Of a stretch of DNA of 64,000 nucleotides, positions 29,911 through 39,664 are shown piece after piece (the stretch's first letter is position 1; the number at the start of each line of letters is the position of its first letter). A model generated the notes under the pieces. It had not been told where the DNA came from and made no database searches. It saw nothing but the letters and a program-made list of their open reading frames with translations. The stretch is from IMG/VR virus record IMGVR_UViG_3300037307_000181, positions 2,523 through 66,522 of that record; one strand, written 5' to 3'. This DNA comes from a virus. The translations under genes were made by a program, and so were the position numbers.

Positions 29911-30264
29911 ATGAATGAATGTGTGTTTATCGGACGTATTGGAAAGAAACCGGAAAAGCGTTATCTTGCCAGTGGTAAGTCAATGGTTACATTTGGGTTG
30001 GCTGTGGATGAGCAGAAACCAAACGGAGCAGAGAAGTCAACCACCTGGGTTGATTGTGTAGCCTTTGGTGATCGTGCAGACAAGATCGCCGCTGCTCTTG
30101 ATAAAGGCCAGCTTGTCAAGGTTCGTGCTTCCTACAGCAAAGTCAAGAAAGCCGACAAGGTTTACCACTCGTTTACCGTTTGGGAGTTTGAAGTGGTTGG
30201 CAAAGGTAAACCGAAAGCGCAGCCAGCATATGATGAAGAGGCTGATGAGGAAATGCCGTTCTAA
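29911..30264 (+). CDS. ssb: single-stranded DNA-binding protein
   Basis: NECVFIGRIGKKPEKR..TTWVDCVAFG; acidic tail ending EEMPF. Confidence 0.92.
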   Translation: MNECVFIGRIGKKPEKRYLASGKSMVTFGLAVDEQKPNGAEKSTTWVDCVAFGDRADKIAAALDKGQLVKVRASYSKVKKADKVYHSFTVWEFEVVGKGKPKAQPAYDEEADEEMPF

Positions 30265-30548
30265 TGAAACGCATCCTTGGCGATATTGATGCCATAGGAA
30301 AGCGATATGCAGAACGCTACCCCGAACTAGATGATCAATCTCTAACAATAATCGTACATCTAGCACTTGCATATAGGGCTGCAAAACGCTTGAAGAATAC
30401 AGGAGCGACTCTTGAGATTGGGGGTCGCTCCCTAGTCCTGCCAACAATTGAGAAGGCATTCAGGGAAATCCTGTATATCAGACCAGAATTACCAAACCTA
30501 GATGCAAGTGAAGTATCAAAGTTTGGGAGGTTGCTAGATGAAAACTAG
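30264..30548 (+). CDS. hypothetical protein
   Basis: ORF track, coupled. Confidence 0.55.
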   Translation: MKRILGDIDAIGKRYAERYPELDDQSLTIIVHLALAYRAAKRLKNTGATLEIGGRSLVLPTIEKAFREILYIRPELPNLDASEVSKFGRLLDEN

Positions 30549-30726
30549 ATTCAAAGTTTACTTGATGGATGAGTTCTACGCTGTGCTCTCCCTGGACATG
30601 AGTATTCCGAATGGTCAGAAAGAAATTGCTCAGGCACACGGTGTTAGTGAGCAGGAGCAAGCAAATTTGATTGGACAGAAGCTGCAAGAGTTGATGTATC
30701 TTTTGGGAAACACGGAGGAAGCGTGA
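30538..30726 (+). CDS. hypothetical protein
   Basis: ORF track, coupled. Confidence 0.5.
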   Translation: MKTRFKVYLMDEFYAVLSLDMSIPNGQKEIAQAHGVSEQEQANLIGQKLQELMYLLGNTEEA

Positions 30727-31198
30727 TCCACATTTGGACTGATGGCAGTGCGATAGGTTCTGGAAGAGGCAAGGCTGGTTGGTCTGCAATCTTGATCGCA
30801 AGCGATGGCAGAGGCAGGATTATGGGAGGCTACTTTCCAGATGCTACCAACAACCAGATGGAAACCGAGGCTGTTACACAGGCTTTACGTGTGCTGAAAA
30901 ATAAATCAGAAGATGTTGTGATCCACACAGACAGCCAGTATGTGATCTTTGGTGTAGAGAAGATTAAAAAAAGAAGCTGCCAAAAACAAATGTTGAGTTT
31001 TGGGTTGCATTATCCAATGCTATTGGAGGTCACAAAATCAAGATTGAAAAAACGCTAGGGCACGGCAGCGATATTGTAAACAACGCAGCAGATTTGTATG
31101 CTCAGTATTGTGCTAGGCATCAATGCACACTGAATGAGTATCACGAAAATATATCGACTGTGCTCTGCACGAATGGGGTTGGGCTATGGCGAAACTAG
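30723..31198 (+). pseudogene. rnhA: RNase HI-like gene split by a -1 shift at an A7 run
   Basis: WTDGS..TNNQMET..HTDSQY in frame 0; KTNVEFW..GH..NNAADLYA in the -1 frame from about 30971 to TAG 31198. Confidence 0.8.
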
Positions 31199-31425
31199 CT
31201 GGAATAAAAATACACTACGAATTTCTTACAGCGATTGCAACACAGGGCAACGGATTAGAAAGGTGCATGTGCATCAAAGGTTTGCCGGAGACTGCAAAGT
31301 TTAAGTATTCTGAAACCGATGATACAGATGGTGTGCTCATACTAGTCTATGAAGATGAAAGTTTTCCAGACCTGGGTATTGGTGAGCCAGTCCCAGTGCA
31401 TGATGTAGTAATGGTAAAGGCGTAA
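31186..31425 (+). CDS. hypothetical protein
   Basis: ORF track. Confidence 0.55.
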   Translation: MAKLAGIKIHYEFLTAIATQGNGLERCMCIKGLPETAKFKYSETDDTDGVLILVYEDESFPDLGIGEPVPVHDVVMVKA

Positions 31426-31569
31426 TATGATTCAGTTGTTGTTGTTTGATATTGATATCTATCTTCGTCCACAAAGTAAAGATGACACTGACAGGGGAGA
31501 GGTCAAAGTAGAAACTCGTAACCAGGGAGGTGCTTACGAGCAACTAATGTTGTCAATTTGGGAGGAGAC

Positions 31570-32028
31570 ATGTGCAGAAATATCACCCGTATTATTTTCC
31601 TGAAAGCATACGGAAAAATGTGTGATGGCGATGTCGTTAGAATTATAAAGGTAGAAGATGGGTTTTTGTATTTTTGGGATACAGAGCACAACCTGTGCAG
31701 AATTTCAGAAAACGAAAAGGGTGAGAAATTCGATTATATCTATACTCTCAAAGAATTGGCTGCAAAGCTGATAGAATTCTTGAAAGAAATGGAGTACACA
31801 CATAATAGTGTTGGTAAGTTTTGTTTCTTTCATAATCCAAGTGTAGTCGTTGAGGGTAGACACATCTTGATCACTTATGTTTCTGTGGATGATGACTGCG
31901 GATATGAAAATGCAGTTGGCATCCCTGAGACTGTCAGGCTGTCTAAGGAGCAAGCACGTGATTACTTAGAGTGGTTGATGAAAGGAAACAGAGGAAAACA
32001 TTTTGAGGCAAAGTTGAGCACATGGTAG
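31570..32028 (+). CDS. hypothetical protein
   Basis: GGAGG RBS before ATG 31570. Confidence 0.6.
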   Translation: MCRNITRIIFLKAYGKMCDGDVVRIIKVEDGFLYFWDTEHNLCRISENEKGEKFDYIYTLKELAAKLIEFLKEMEYTHNSVGKFCFFHNPSVVVEGRHILITYVSVDDDCGYENAVGIPETVRLSKEQARDYLEWLMKGNRGKHFEAKLSTW

Positions 32029-32052
32029 TCAAACATTAAGGAGAAGATATAG

Positions 32053-32517
32053 ATGGACTATCCACAAGCTTATCGACTTAGCTTGCTATGTATTTTTTGT
32101 AAGTCAGAAGAGACTAAGTGTAACTACGAGCCAAACTCAAATTTGTTTTATGTTGTTTGTTCGAACTGCGGTGCTAGAGGGCCAGAAAAACATACAGAAG
32201 AGGAAGCTAAGAAAGCGTGGTATTACAAGCCGCAAGATTTTGTTTCAAAAGATAATATTTACCATCTGTGTGAAACATGTGGCAACTACTTTAAACCACA
32301 GAATATGTGGTCTAGGCAGTGTGTTTTTTGTTGGGCAAAGACACAAGAAGCAAAACCAAAAAAACCTTGTGAAAACTGTGGAGAACTTTTTTCTCCATTG
32401 TCTGACTGGATGACTGTATGTGAACCATGTTATGCAATCATTAAAAAAATCTATAGGTACTGGTTATGCAAAAGCCGAAGCCACTTAGAAAAGATCGTAA
32501 TGCTGAGAAGCAATTAG
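32053..32517 (+). CDS. Lar-like Zn-finger protein with repeated CxxC
   Basis: CIFC..VVCSNCGARGP..EEAKKAW. Confidence 0.6.
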   Translation: MDYPQAYRLSLLCIFCKSEETKCNYEPNSNLFYVVCSNCGARGPEKHTEEEAKKAWYYKPQDFVSKDNIYHLCETCGNYFKPQNMWSRQCVFCWAKTQEAKPKKPCENCGELFSPLSDWMTVCEPCYAIIKKIYRYWLCKSRSHLEKIVMLRSN

Positions 32518-32849
32518 AAGTTACTGCACTGAAAGCGTATCGAAGTGTAAATGTTGCTCTGGCTATTGAGCGAGATAACAATCAGTGTGTATTCTGTTAC
32601 TTCTTGCACGGAATGAGTGCACCTCGCCAAGAGGTGCATCACGTTTATTCGAGAGGAAAGAAAGCTGGCAGCTTTCGTGAGCACTATACTAGTCTACTTT
32701 GCACGTGCAAAGAATGTCACCCACTACCTATCCAAACACCTGGAGCTAGTGGAAGCTTGGCGTGGGTAGAGGCTGTGCTCAGAAAAGCCAACGAAACACC
32801 GATCAATAAAAAATTTCAACATCAGGAGAAAAAGAGTGAGCCTGTTTGA
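32466..32849 (+). CDS. HNH-like nuclease (NinG-like)
   Basis: RDNNQCVFC..EVHHVYSRG..LLCTCKECH. Confidence 0.65.
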   Translation: MQKPKPLRKDRNAEKQLEVTALKAYRSVNVALAIERDNNQCVFCYFLHGMSAPRQEVHHVYSRGKKAGSFREHYTSLLCTCKECHPLPIQTPGASGSLAWVEAVLRKANETPINKKFQHQEKKSEPV

Positions 32850-33099
32850 TTATTTTCCACAATTTATTGAAGCACTGCGAATCCAGATGGTTCGTGATCA
32901 GGTCGAACATCAAGACAACTGGAAAAATGATGGTGGATATTTTCCGTCATTTGAAGAGTATATGTTTTACCGTATTGCATCTTACTACAAAGCATGGAAG
33001 CTGCGTGGTGAGGCAATTCCTTGGACAAAAATTGCTGCCTGGGCACTGATTGGGTGGGCTAGGAGCAAACAAGCTGAGCGAAAATATTTGGATAATTAG
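32836..33099 (+). CDS. hypothetical protein
   Basis: ORF track. Confidence 0.55.
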   Translation: MSLFDYFPQFIEALRIQMVRDQVEHQDNWKNDGGYFPSFEEYMFYRIASYYKAWKLRGEAIPWTKIAAWALIGWARSKQAERKYLDN

Positions 33100-33140
33100 G
33101 TATTTGCATTTTGCCTAGCTATCTGATTGGAGAAATTACT

Positions 33141-33464
33141 ATGCCACCCACAAAAACATGGAAGGCAGTCGAGAGAGCAATAGCTAAGTTTTTCCCAGGA
33201 TCGAAAAGACGAGGCTCAGACTTTCGAGGCGACAATGCTGGAAAGTCTGACCTCATCTTCCCTGGTTGGAGTGTTGAGATCAAGCACAGTAAACGACCAA
33301 CTTTTGGTCTGATGCTTGGAGCAGTAGAACAAGCGATTACGAACAAAGAAAAAGAAAATGACATACCAGTGGCTGTGATTCACAAAGAAGGAACAGAGTA
33401 CAAGGACTCCCTGGTTGTTATGAAGCTATCAGATTTTTCAGACTTCTTTATCAATCAAAATTAA
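33141..33464 (+). CDS. PD-(D/E)XK Holliday-junction-resolvase-like nuclease
   Basis: WKAVERAIAK..SDL..SVEIKH..PVAVIH. Confidence 0.7.
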   Translation: MPPTKTWKAVERAIAKFFPGSKRRGSDFRGDNAGKSDLIFPGWSVEIKHSKRPTFGLMLGAVEQAITNKEKENDIPVAVIHKEGTEYKDSLVVMKLSDFSDFFINQN

Positions 33465-33538
33465 TTTAGAAAACTTTTAAAGTAGTGGGCGTGTTATTCA
33501 AACCCACTACTTTTGTACCTATTTCAAGGAGGAAATTT

Positions 33539-35452
33539 ATGTCAAGTAGCTTTTTTGTAGATCAGTTTAGTGAACAAATTTGGAATCAGAAGTATCGTGG
33601 CAGAGCTTCTGATGTTGTAGCGTACTATTCAGGCTTAGGAAAGATGATGTCACTGGGGAATGAGAAGGACGCTGTGGCTTTTACAAACCTGATGCTCAGC
33701 AAGTCATTCTCCCCTGGTGGGAGAATCCTGGCACTAGCGGGTAGGCCGGATGCGAAGATGAGCCTGATGAATTGCACAACACACACAATTGAGGATGACA
33801 GTCTGGAGTCTATTTCAGAAGCAGCCTATACAATTATGAGAGCGTCTAGCAGAGGCCAGGGCATTGGTGTTGATCTGTCCAATCTGAGACCGAAGAACTC
33901 GCCTGTGAGCAACGCAGCAAAGACGAGCACAGGTGCGATCTCTTTTATGGAGATGCTAGGCACAGTTGGGGCTACGATCGGTCAGGAAGGCAGACGTGCA
34001 GCTCTGCTGTTCTCTATGTCAGTCGATCATCCAGATATTTATCGTGGTGGAGCAGAGGACTTGCTGTGCCCATCTTGTGGTGGCAGCACTGGCTGCAAGC
34101 TGTGTGAGTATACAGGCTATATTCCATACGACTTCCTGCACGTCAAGCGCATTCCTGGTAAGGTTGAGAATGCAAACATCTCCGTGCGCATTACAGACAC
34201 ATTCATGGTGGCAGTAGAAAACGATGATGAGTGGATTCTAAAATATGAGGGCCGATCGGGAGGCTATCCGTTTGAAGTTACCAGTCGAGGTTTGAGAGCG
34301 AGAGATTTATTCCATGTGCTTGCCAAGTCAGCCTGGGAGTCGGCAGAGCCTGGGGTACTGTATTGGGACACATCACAACGTATGTCTAACTCCGACTTGT
34401 TTGGGTCTCGCTGGAAAGTTGTGGGTAATAATGCTTGTACTGAGCAGGTTTTGGATCAAGATGGTGTTTGTTTGCTTGGTAGTATCAATCTGGCAAATTA
34501 CATAATTGACCCCTATACAAAAGATGCACAGGTGAATTATGGTGCATTGGCAAATGATATTCCTGTCATGGTAAAGTTCCTTGACAATGTTGTTGATGTT
34601 GAGCTTCAGTTTGGCAACTACATCAGTAATGCACAGAAAGAATCACTGCAACATTTGCGCCGCATTGGTTTGGGTGTTATGGGCTTGGCTGACATGCTGG
34701 CATCTCTTCGTCTGCCATATTCAAGTGATCCGATGACGATTGAGACCGTTCGCAATGTATTCAGCAGCATTCGCAACAATGCCTACACAGCATCCATAAA
34801 CTTAGCTAAAGTACGTGGGCCGGCATATGCCTGGGAAGAGACAGAAAGCTACTACCGTGACATTGTTAATAATGGAAGATTCTATAGCAAACTTCCAGAG
34901 TACATCAAGCGTGATATGTATAAGTATGGCACACGCAACGTGGCTATTCTTTCGATTGCTCCGACTGGGACAATCTCAAACTTGCTCGGAGTTTCATCAG
35001 GTATTGAACCAGTGTTCGCTCACCAATACAAGAGGCGCACACGCATGAGTGGTAGGGATGAGTTCGTTGATTACATTCACCCAGGTGTGCAGAAGGCTCG
35101 TGAAGCTGGACTGCCAGACAGCATCTACCCTACTGCCTACGAGGTAACACCACATGACCACCTGCTAATCCAGGCAGTCATCCAGAATTATGTAGACTCC
35201 AGTATTTCAAAGACGGTCAATCTACCTGCCAGCGCAACGATTGCTGATGTAGAAAACATCTACAGAACTGGATGGGAGTGGGGTCTAAAGGGTATCTCTT
35301 TGTACAGAGATGGCTCTCGTGAGATGCAGGTGCTCTACTCACATGAGACTGGTGACGAGAAAGAACTATGTCCTGAGTGCAAGGGTGAGCTAGTAAACGA
35401 TAGCGGCTGCATTCTGTGCTCATCCTGTGGCTACTCCCTGTGCTCAATTTAA
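33539..35452 (+). CDS. nrdJ: class II (B12-dependent) ribonucleotide reductase
   Basis: SPGGRI, MNC, GQEGRRAA, NANISV, EPG, NACTEQ, CLLGSINL, RRIGLG, APTGTIS, SISKTVN, KGISLYRDGS; C-terminal CxxC..CxxC. Confidence 0.92.
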   Translation: MSSSFFVDQFSEQIWNQKYRGRASDVVAYYSGLGKMMSLGNEKDAVAFTNLMLSKSFSPGGRILALAGRPDAKMSLMNCTTHTIEDDSLESISEAAYTIMRASSRGQGIGVDLSNLRPKNSPVSNAAKTSTGAISFMEMLGTVGATIGQEGRRAALLFSMSVDHPDIYRGGAEDLLCPSCGGSTGCKLCEYTGYIPYDFLHVKRIPGKVENANISVRITDTFMVAVENDDEWILKYEGRSGGYPFEVTSRGLRARDLFHVLAKSAWESAEPGVLYWDTSQRMSNSDLFGSRWKVVGNNACTEQVLDQDGVCLLGSINLANYIIDPYTKDAQVNYGALANDIPVMVKFLDNVVDVELQFGNYISNAQKESLQHLRRIGLGVMGLADMLASLRLPYSSDPMTIETVRNVFSSIRNNAYTASINLAKVRGPAYAWEETESYYRDIVNNGRFYSKLPEYIKRDMYKYGTRNVAILSIAPTGTISNLLGVSSGIEPVFAHQYKRRTRMSGRDEFVDYIHPGVQKAREAGLPDSIYPTAYEVTPHDHLLIQAVIQNYVDSSISKTVNLPASATIADVENIYRTGWEWGLKGISLYRDGSREMQVLYSHETGDEKELCPECKGELVNDSGCILCSSCGYSLCSI

Positions 35453-35470
35453 TAAGTATGCCGTAATTAC

Positions 35471-35499
35471 TTGACGAACTAGCATTACTGTGCTATAAT
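35471..35499 (+). promoter_or_regulatory. sigma70-type promoter
   Basis: TTGACG-17-TATAAT with TGn. Confidence 0.75.
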
Positions 35500-35528
35500 T
35501 ATAGTACAATAAACAAGAGGAGAGTGCT

Positions 35529-36119
35529 ATGGACAAAAAGACGTATATGCAGTTCTTGAGGATTGGTGCAGTTGGCTGTGGCATCGGGCTAATGCTGATC
35601 TCAGCCATGTTCTCAGCCAATGGTTTTTCTTTCAAGATGGAGGACTTCAAATGGGTCGGGTGGGTTCTTGCACTAAGCATCATCGTGATCGAGTTGGTGT
35701 GGAACAAGGTCGGCTTCAACAGCAAAAACCTAACCTTGGTTGCATTGGGCATCACAGCCTATGCTTATGGCATCTACACCAATGTTATCGGGATCGCTAC
35801 TGCACAAGGAGCAGACCCTACAGATAGCTTGTTCAACATGATCTTCCCTTTGCTGGCTGGTATTGTTCTGGAGGTTGCACCGGAGACACTGATTGTTTGG
35901 GGTTTGATCGGCGAAGGAGAGTTCGGTGACTTCTTAGGGAACTTGTTCAATAGTACGCAGCAGTCAAAGAACATGCCACAAAGAAGCAATACTGCCGTGA
36001 AACCAGCGAGTGTAAAGTACACCCCGCAGCATAAGCCGACATACGGTGTGCCAGTGAAATCACAGACAGCATCTCAGTTTTCGTTCAACAGAGACAGAGA
36101 CAATGGCAACAACAAGTAA
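35529..36119 (+). CDS. membrane protein (about 4 TM)
   Basis: Hydrophobic segments, polar tail. Confidence 0.65.
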   Translation: MDKKTYMQFLRIGAVGCGIGLMLISAMFSANGFSFKMEDFKWVGWVLALSIIVIELVWNKVGFNSKNLTLVALGITAYAYGIYTNVIGIATAQGADPTDSLFNMIFPLLAGIVLEVAPETLIVWGLIGEGEFGDFLGNLFNSTQQSKNMPQRSNTAVKPASVKYTPQHKPTYGVPVKSQTASQFSFNRDRDNGNNK

Positions 36120-36369
36120 AGGTCAAGCAATGATGCTCTGGTATATGCCCAAACCAGAGAAGAAGGAAAAAGAAAAATCACTGGAGCAGCATCTAACCGA
36201 TGCTGCGAATTACTACAAAGGTAAGTATGGTGAGCAGCCAAACTTGGCGTTTGTTTCATCATCAAGATTTAAAGAGTTAGACAACGCTATTGTTGGTGGT
36301 ATCAGTATTGAGATAAAGCGTTGGGTGCAGCCCAATGACATTCACATCGGTGTGAGGAGAGAAGAGTGA
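36103..36369 (+). CDS. hypothetical protein
   Basis: ORF track. Confidence 0.55.
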   Translation: MATTSKGQAMMLWYMPKPEKKEKEKSLEQHLTDAANYYKGKYGEQPNLAFVSSSRFKELDNAIVGGISIEIKRWVQPNDIHIGVRREE

Positions 36370-37067
36370 CGATCTTCGACAAGGCGAATAATTTAATAAA
36401 TCGCAGTGAGTCAAGTTTTGTAAATCTGCTGAGTGCCATAGCTCCCTGGCTTGCACCTCTTGCACCAGCCTACTTTACACTTAGTCACCTAACAAGTGAT
36501 TCATTTGAGTTGCCTTTTTTTGTAGCATTTTCAGTTGCGCTGACTGTAGAAATGCTTGGTTTTGCTACAATCAGTACAATCATAAGTTTTTGGTCATACA
36601 ACCGTCGCAGGATGGCTGAGTACAAGAAAGCTCCACTAGGCACAGCCATGTTTGCATTCTTTATGTACTTAGCAGATATTATGGTGATCAATGTCATGCT
36701 GGATGCAGTAGCGATTTCAAATAATCTCGTAGCAGAAGCTTGGGTTGTAGTTATTGCCAGGGCGTTTCTTACACTTCTGTCTATACCGGCTGCGATGCTG
36801 CTGGCTACCAGGACACAGCACAGGGAAATGATTGACACCATCAGGCGTGAGAAGGAGGAAAATCAGAGAGTCAGGAAAGAAACCAAACAGAGAGCACAGT
36901 CTGATAGACTGTCACCACATTCTGATCTGAAACGTCAGTTTATGTCTGATGTAGAAGTTGGAGGAGTAGACCTGGACGGTGGTACAAACGAAGTTGCAAA
37001 ACGTATATCAGAAAAGTATGGTGTGTCTGTAAGAACGGCATTTAGGTGGATAAAATCGTTGAGGTAA
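36366..37067 (+). CDS. membrane protein with coiled coil and C-terminal HTH
   Basis: About 4 TM, then EVAKRISEKYGVSVRTAFRWI. Confidence 0.65.
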   Translation: MTIFDKANNLINRSESSFVNLLSAIAPWLAPLAPAYFTLSHLTSDSFELPFFVAFSVALTVEMLGFATISTIISFWSYNRRRMAEYKKAPLGTAMFAFFMYLADIMVINVMLDAVAISNNLVAEAWVVVIARAFLTLLSIPAAMLLATRTQHREMIDTIRREKEENQRVRKETKQRAQSDRLSPHSDLKRQFMSDVEVGGVDLDGGTNEVAKRISEKYGVSVRTAFRWIKSLR

Positions 37068-37172
37068 TGATGTTAGGAAACGACTACATAACTGTGAGAT
37101 TGGTCATGTGCATTGTTATCTTTGGCACAGCCAGTATTATTGGAAAATGGATTTACTATTCAAGGAGGTAGT

Positions 37173-37499
37173 GTGGATTTCAATTTATATCAAGAAGCTG
37201 CAAAAAAGACAGCCATCTATCCAGAAGGGTTTGGTGTGTTATACCCAGTTTTGGGACTGGCTAATGAAGCCGGAGAGGTGGCAGGTAAGCTAAAAAAGAT
37301 TATTCGTGACCAGGGTGCAGTGATGACACCAGAGAGCAAAGAGGCACTGGCAGCCGAGTTGGGCGATGTGCTCTGGTATTTAGCTGCTGTAGCCACAGAC
37401 ATTGGGTACTCACTCGGAGAAATTGCGGAGAGCAACCTGGAAAAGCTAAGAAGCAGACAGGATCGAGGAGTTTTGGGAGGCAGCGGAGACAAGCGATGA
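37173..37499 (+). CDS. mazG: MazG-like nucleotide pyrophosphohydrolase
   Basis: LGLANEAGEVAGKLKK..ELGDVLWYLA..NLEKL. Confidence 0.9.
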   Translation: MDFNLYQEAAKKTAIYPEGFGVLYPVLGLANEAGEVAGKLKKIIRDQGAVMTPESKEALAAELGDVLWYLAAVATDIGYSLGEIAESNLEKLRSRQDRGVLGGSGDKR

Positions 37500-37711
37500 A
37501 CATAATTATTGGGGATGGGAGCAGTCTCGGATCAGTACACTATCAGGACGGTGAGTTTTATACACCAGATTGGAATCTGCTGTTTACCCCTTTGAGCAGA
37601 CACGAGGCAAACATATTCCTAAAGACGGTTGGGCTGGCTGAGTCTACTGCGAAGCGCAGACTTCACCAGAAGGAGTTGGAAATTATAGTAAGGCAGGTGC
37701 AGAGTGGATAG
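37496..37711 (+). CDS. hypothetical protein
   Basis: ORF track. Confidence 0.5.
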   Translation: MNIIIGDGSSLGSVHYQDGEFYTPDWNLLFTPLSRHEANIFLKTVGLAESTAKRRLHQKELEIIVRQVQSG

Positions 37712-38255
37712 CTTACGCTGGTTTGTAATAATTCTTGTGGTAGTAGTTTTATGCTTGGCTGTGCTCGATATTTACTTGTACAGAAAGCTGCTGCTTGCGG
37801 CTACAAAGCAAGCCGGAAAAGACAGTAGGTGGGAAGAATTTGCAACGGGTGTATCTGGAAACATCGAGTTGGAGAAGTCTTACCTACGTGTAGCACAGGA
37901 AGCATACAATCTTTTCTGCCGCAAGAACCACGACTATGGCACAAACAACCTATCAACGGGATGGCTAACAGGTATCGCTGTGCGCCTGGGTGATAAAGTA
38001 TCCAGACTGTGGAATCTTGTGGGACTCGGCAAAGACAACAAGATTATGGTAAAGGACGAAGCAGTAAAAGATACCATGATTGATGTTGCCAACTACGGAA
38101 TTGTTGGATACCTGATGGCTACTAAGCAGTGGCCTAAAGCAAAGATAGCAGATTTGATTGGGAAGAACGCTTCTGTAGAAAAGTTTCATCAGATTTATTC
38201 TGCTATGGATAATGATCAGCAAGTAGAAGCACTTAAAAAACTTTTGGAGGAATGA
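37704..38255 (+). CDS. DUF1599/nucleotide-modification-associated helical protein with N-terminal TM
   Basis: RKNHDYG..RLGDKVSRL..DTMIDVANYG. Confidence 0.7.
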   Translation: MDSLRWFVIILVVVVLCLAVLDIYLYRKLLLAATKQAGKDSRWEEFATGVSGNIELEKSYLRVAQEAYNLFCRKNHDYGTNNLSTGWLTGIAVRLGDKVSRLWNLVGLGKDNKIMVKDEAVKDTMIDVANYGIVGYLMATKQWPKAKIADLIGKNASVEKFHQIYSAMDNDQQVEALKKLLEE

Positions 38256-38259
38256 GAAG

Positions 38260-38463
38260 ATGAGTGAAAATAGTAATAATTGTGCAACTTGTTTAGTGAT
38301 GTTGGTTCTTTTTGGAGTAATTGTCTTTGTTATGTCTGCCCTTTTGATGCTGGCATGGAATGCAATAGCACTAAGCTTTGGGTGGCCTCAGATCAACTTT
38401 TGGGTTTCTTTGTCCATCCTTATTGTGCTCGGTATTGTTGGGAGGGCACTTGGTAGGAGGTAA
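38260..38463 (+). CDS. small membrane protein
   Basis: Two hydrophobic helices. Confidence 0.6.
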   Translation: MSENSNNCATCLVMLVLFGVIVFVMSALLMLAWNAIALSFGWPQINFWVSLSILIVLGIVGRALGRR

Positions 38464-38465
38464 GA

Positions 38466-39323
38466 GTGACAAGTATTGTGTACAAGTTAGCAAAGCAGGG
38501 GATTGCCCACCCACCGAAAGTGGTTGAGAATGCAATCCAGTATGAGACCATCATGGGTTCTGAGGCATATGGAGTTTCATCAGAATCATCAGACATGGAT
38601 GTGTACGGTTTTTGCATCCCCCCTCTGGATGATATCTTCCCATATCTACGTGGTGAAATCCCTGGGTTTGGTAGACAGCATCAGAGGTTTGAGCAGTACC
38701 AGGAGCACCATCTGGAGTGGAATGAGTGGCAGTACGATCTGAGCATCTACTCAATCGTGAAGTTCTTCCACCTGTGCCTTGAGAACAACCCAAACATGAT
38801 TGACAGCTTGTACACACCAATGAACTGTGTACTGCACATTACCAGACTCGGCACGATTGTGCGTGACAATCGAGACCTGTTCCTGCACAAAGGTGCATAC
38901 CACAAGTTTAGAGGCTATGCTTACAGTCAGCTTGCCAAGATTGACAACAAAGAGCGTACACAGGGCAAGAGGAAAGAACTGATTGAAGAGTTTGGCTACG
39001 ATGTCAAGTTTGCCTACCACGTAATCCGTCTGTTAGATGAGTGTGAGCAAATCCTGGTAGAGGGTACGATTGATCTACAGCGCAGTAAGGAAGTTCTAAA
39101 GTCTGTGCGCAGAGGTGAGTGGACTCTGGAACAGGTGCGTGACTACTTCACCAGGAATGAGAAACGCCTGGAGGAGATGTATCACACCAGCAAGCTGCCC
39201 TACAGTCCAGACGAAGGCACGATCAAGACTGTGCTCGTATACGTTCTTGAGGAACACTTTGGATCACTTAGCAAGGTTGTATCTGTACAGAACAGGGAGC
39301 GTGAAGCGTATAGTATGGAATGA
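38466..39323 (+). CDS. Pol-beta-superfamily nucleotidyltransferase (RlaP-like)
   Basis: GSEAYG..SDMDVYG..ENNPNMID..KFAYHVIRL. Confidence 0.8.
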   Translation: MTSIVYKLAKQGIAHPPKVVENAIQYETIMGSEAYGVSSESSDMDVYGFCIPPLDDIFPYLRGEIPGFGRQHQRFEQYQEHHLEWNEWQYDLSIYSIVKFFHLCLENNPNMIDSLYTPMNCVLHITRLGTIVRDNRDLFLHKGAYHKFRGYAYSQLAKIDNKERTQGKRKELIEEFGYDVKFAYHVIRLLDECEQILVEGTIDLQRSKEVLKSVRRGEWTLEQVRDYFTRNEKRLEEMYHTSKLPYSPDEGTIKTVLVYVLEEHFGSLSKVVSVQNREREAYSME

Positions 39324-39444
39324 TGAGGAAACACTAGGCGATACCCCTGCCGAACCATATTATGGGGTGAAGCCCCACCTGATCATTTTCAGAACTCTGT
39401 GGGGCAGGGACTGAGACAGGGCATAGTCGATAGAGCGTAGACCT

Positions 39445-39654
39445 GTGAATGGATCAACAAGGAGGTATATGAAAAACATTATTGTTGTAACGTGTCAATT
39501 TTGCAGGCGAACGTTTGACTTGACCTGGGAACACCGTGAGCACAAGTGTGAGAGTGGAGTGATCCACCGCTATGCACCACGAATTAGTAAGCCAGGAAAA
39601 GGTTACACAGAACGACAGGCAAAGAAAAGCAAGAACCAAGTAATTGCACCTTAA
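39445..39654 (+). CDS. small Zn-binding hypothetical protein
   Basis: CQFC..HKC. Confidence 0.45.
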   Translation: MNGSTRRYMKNIIVVTCQFCRRTFDLTWEHREHKCESGVIHRYAPRISKPGKGYTERQAKKSKNQVIAP

Positions 39655-39664
39655 AAAATAATAT

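Noticed and set aside
32698-32711. Palindrome copy inside the HNH-like CDS as a definite operator
   Set aside because: It coincides with LCTCK codons and may be chance, so it is counted only as a possible site.
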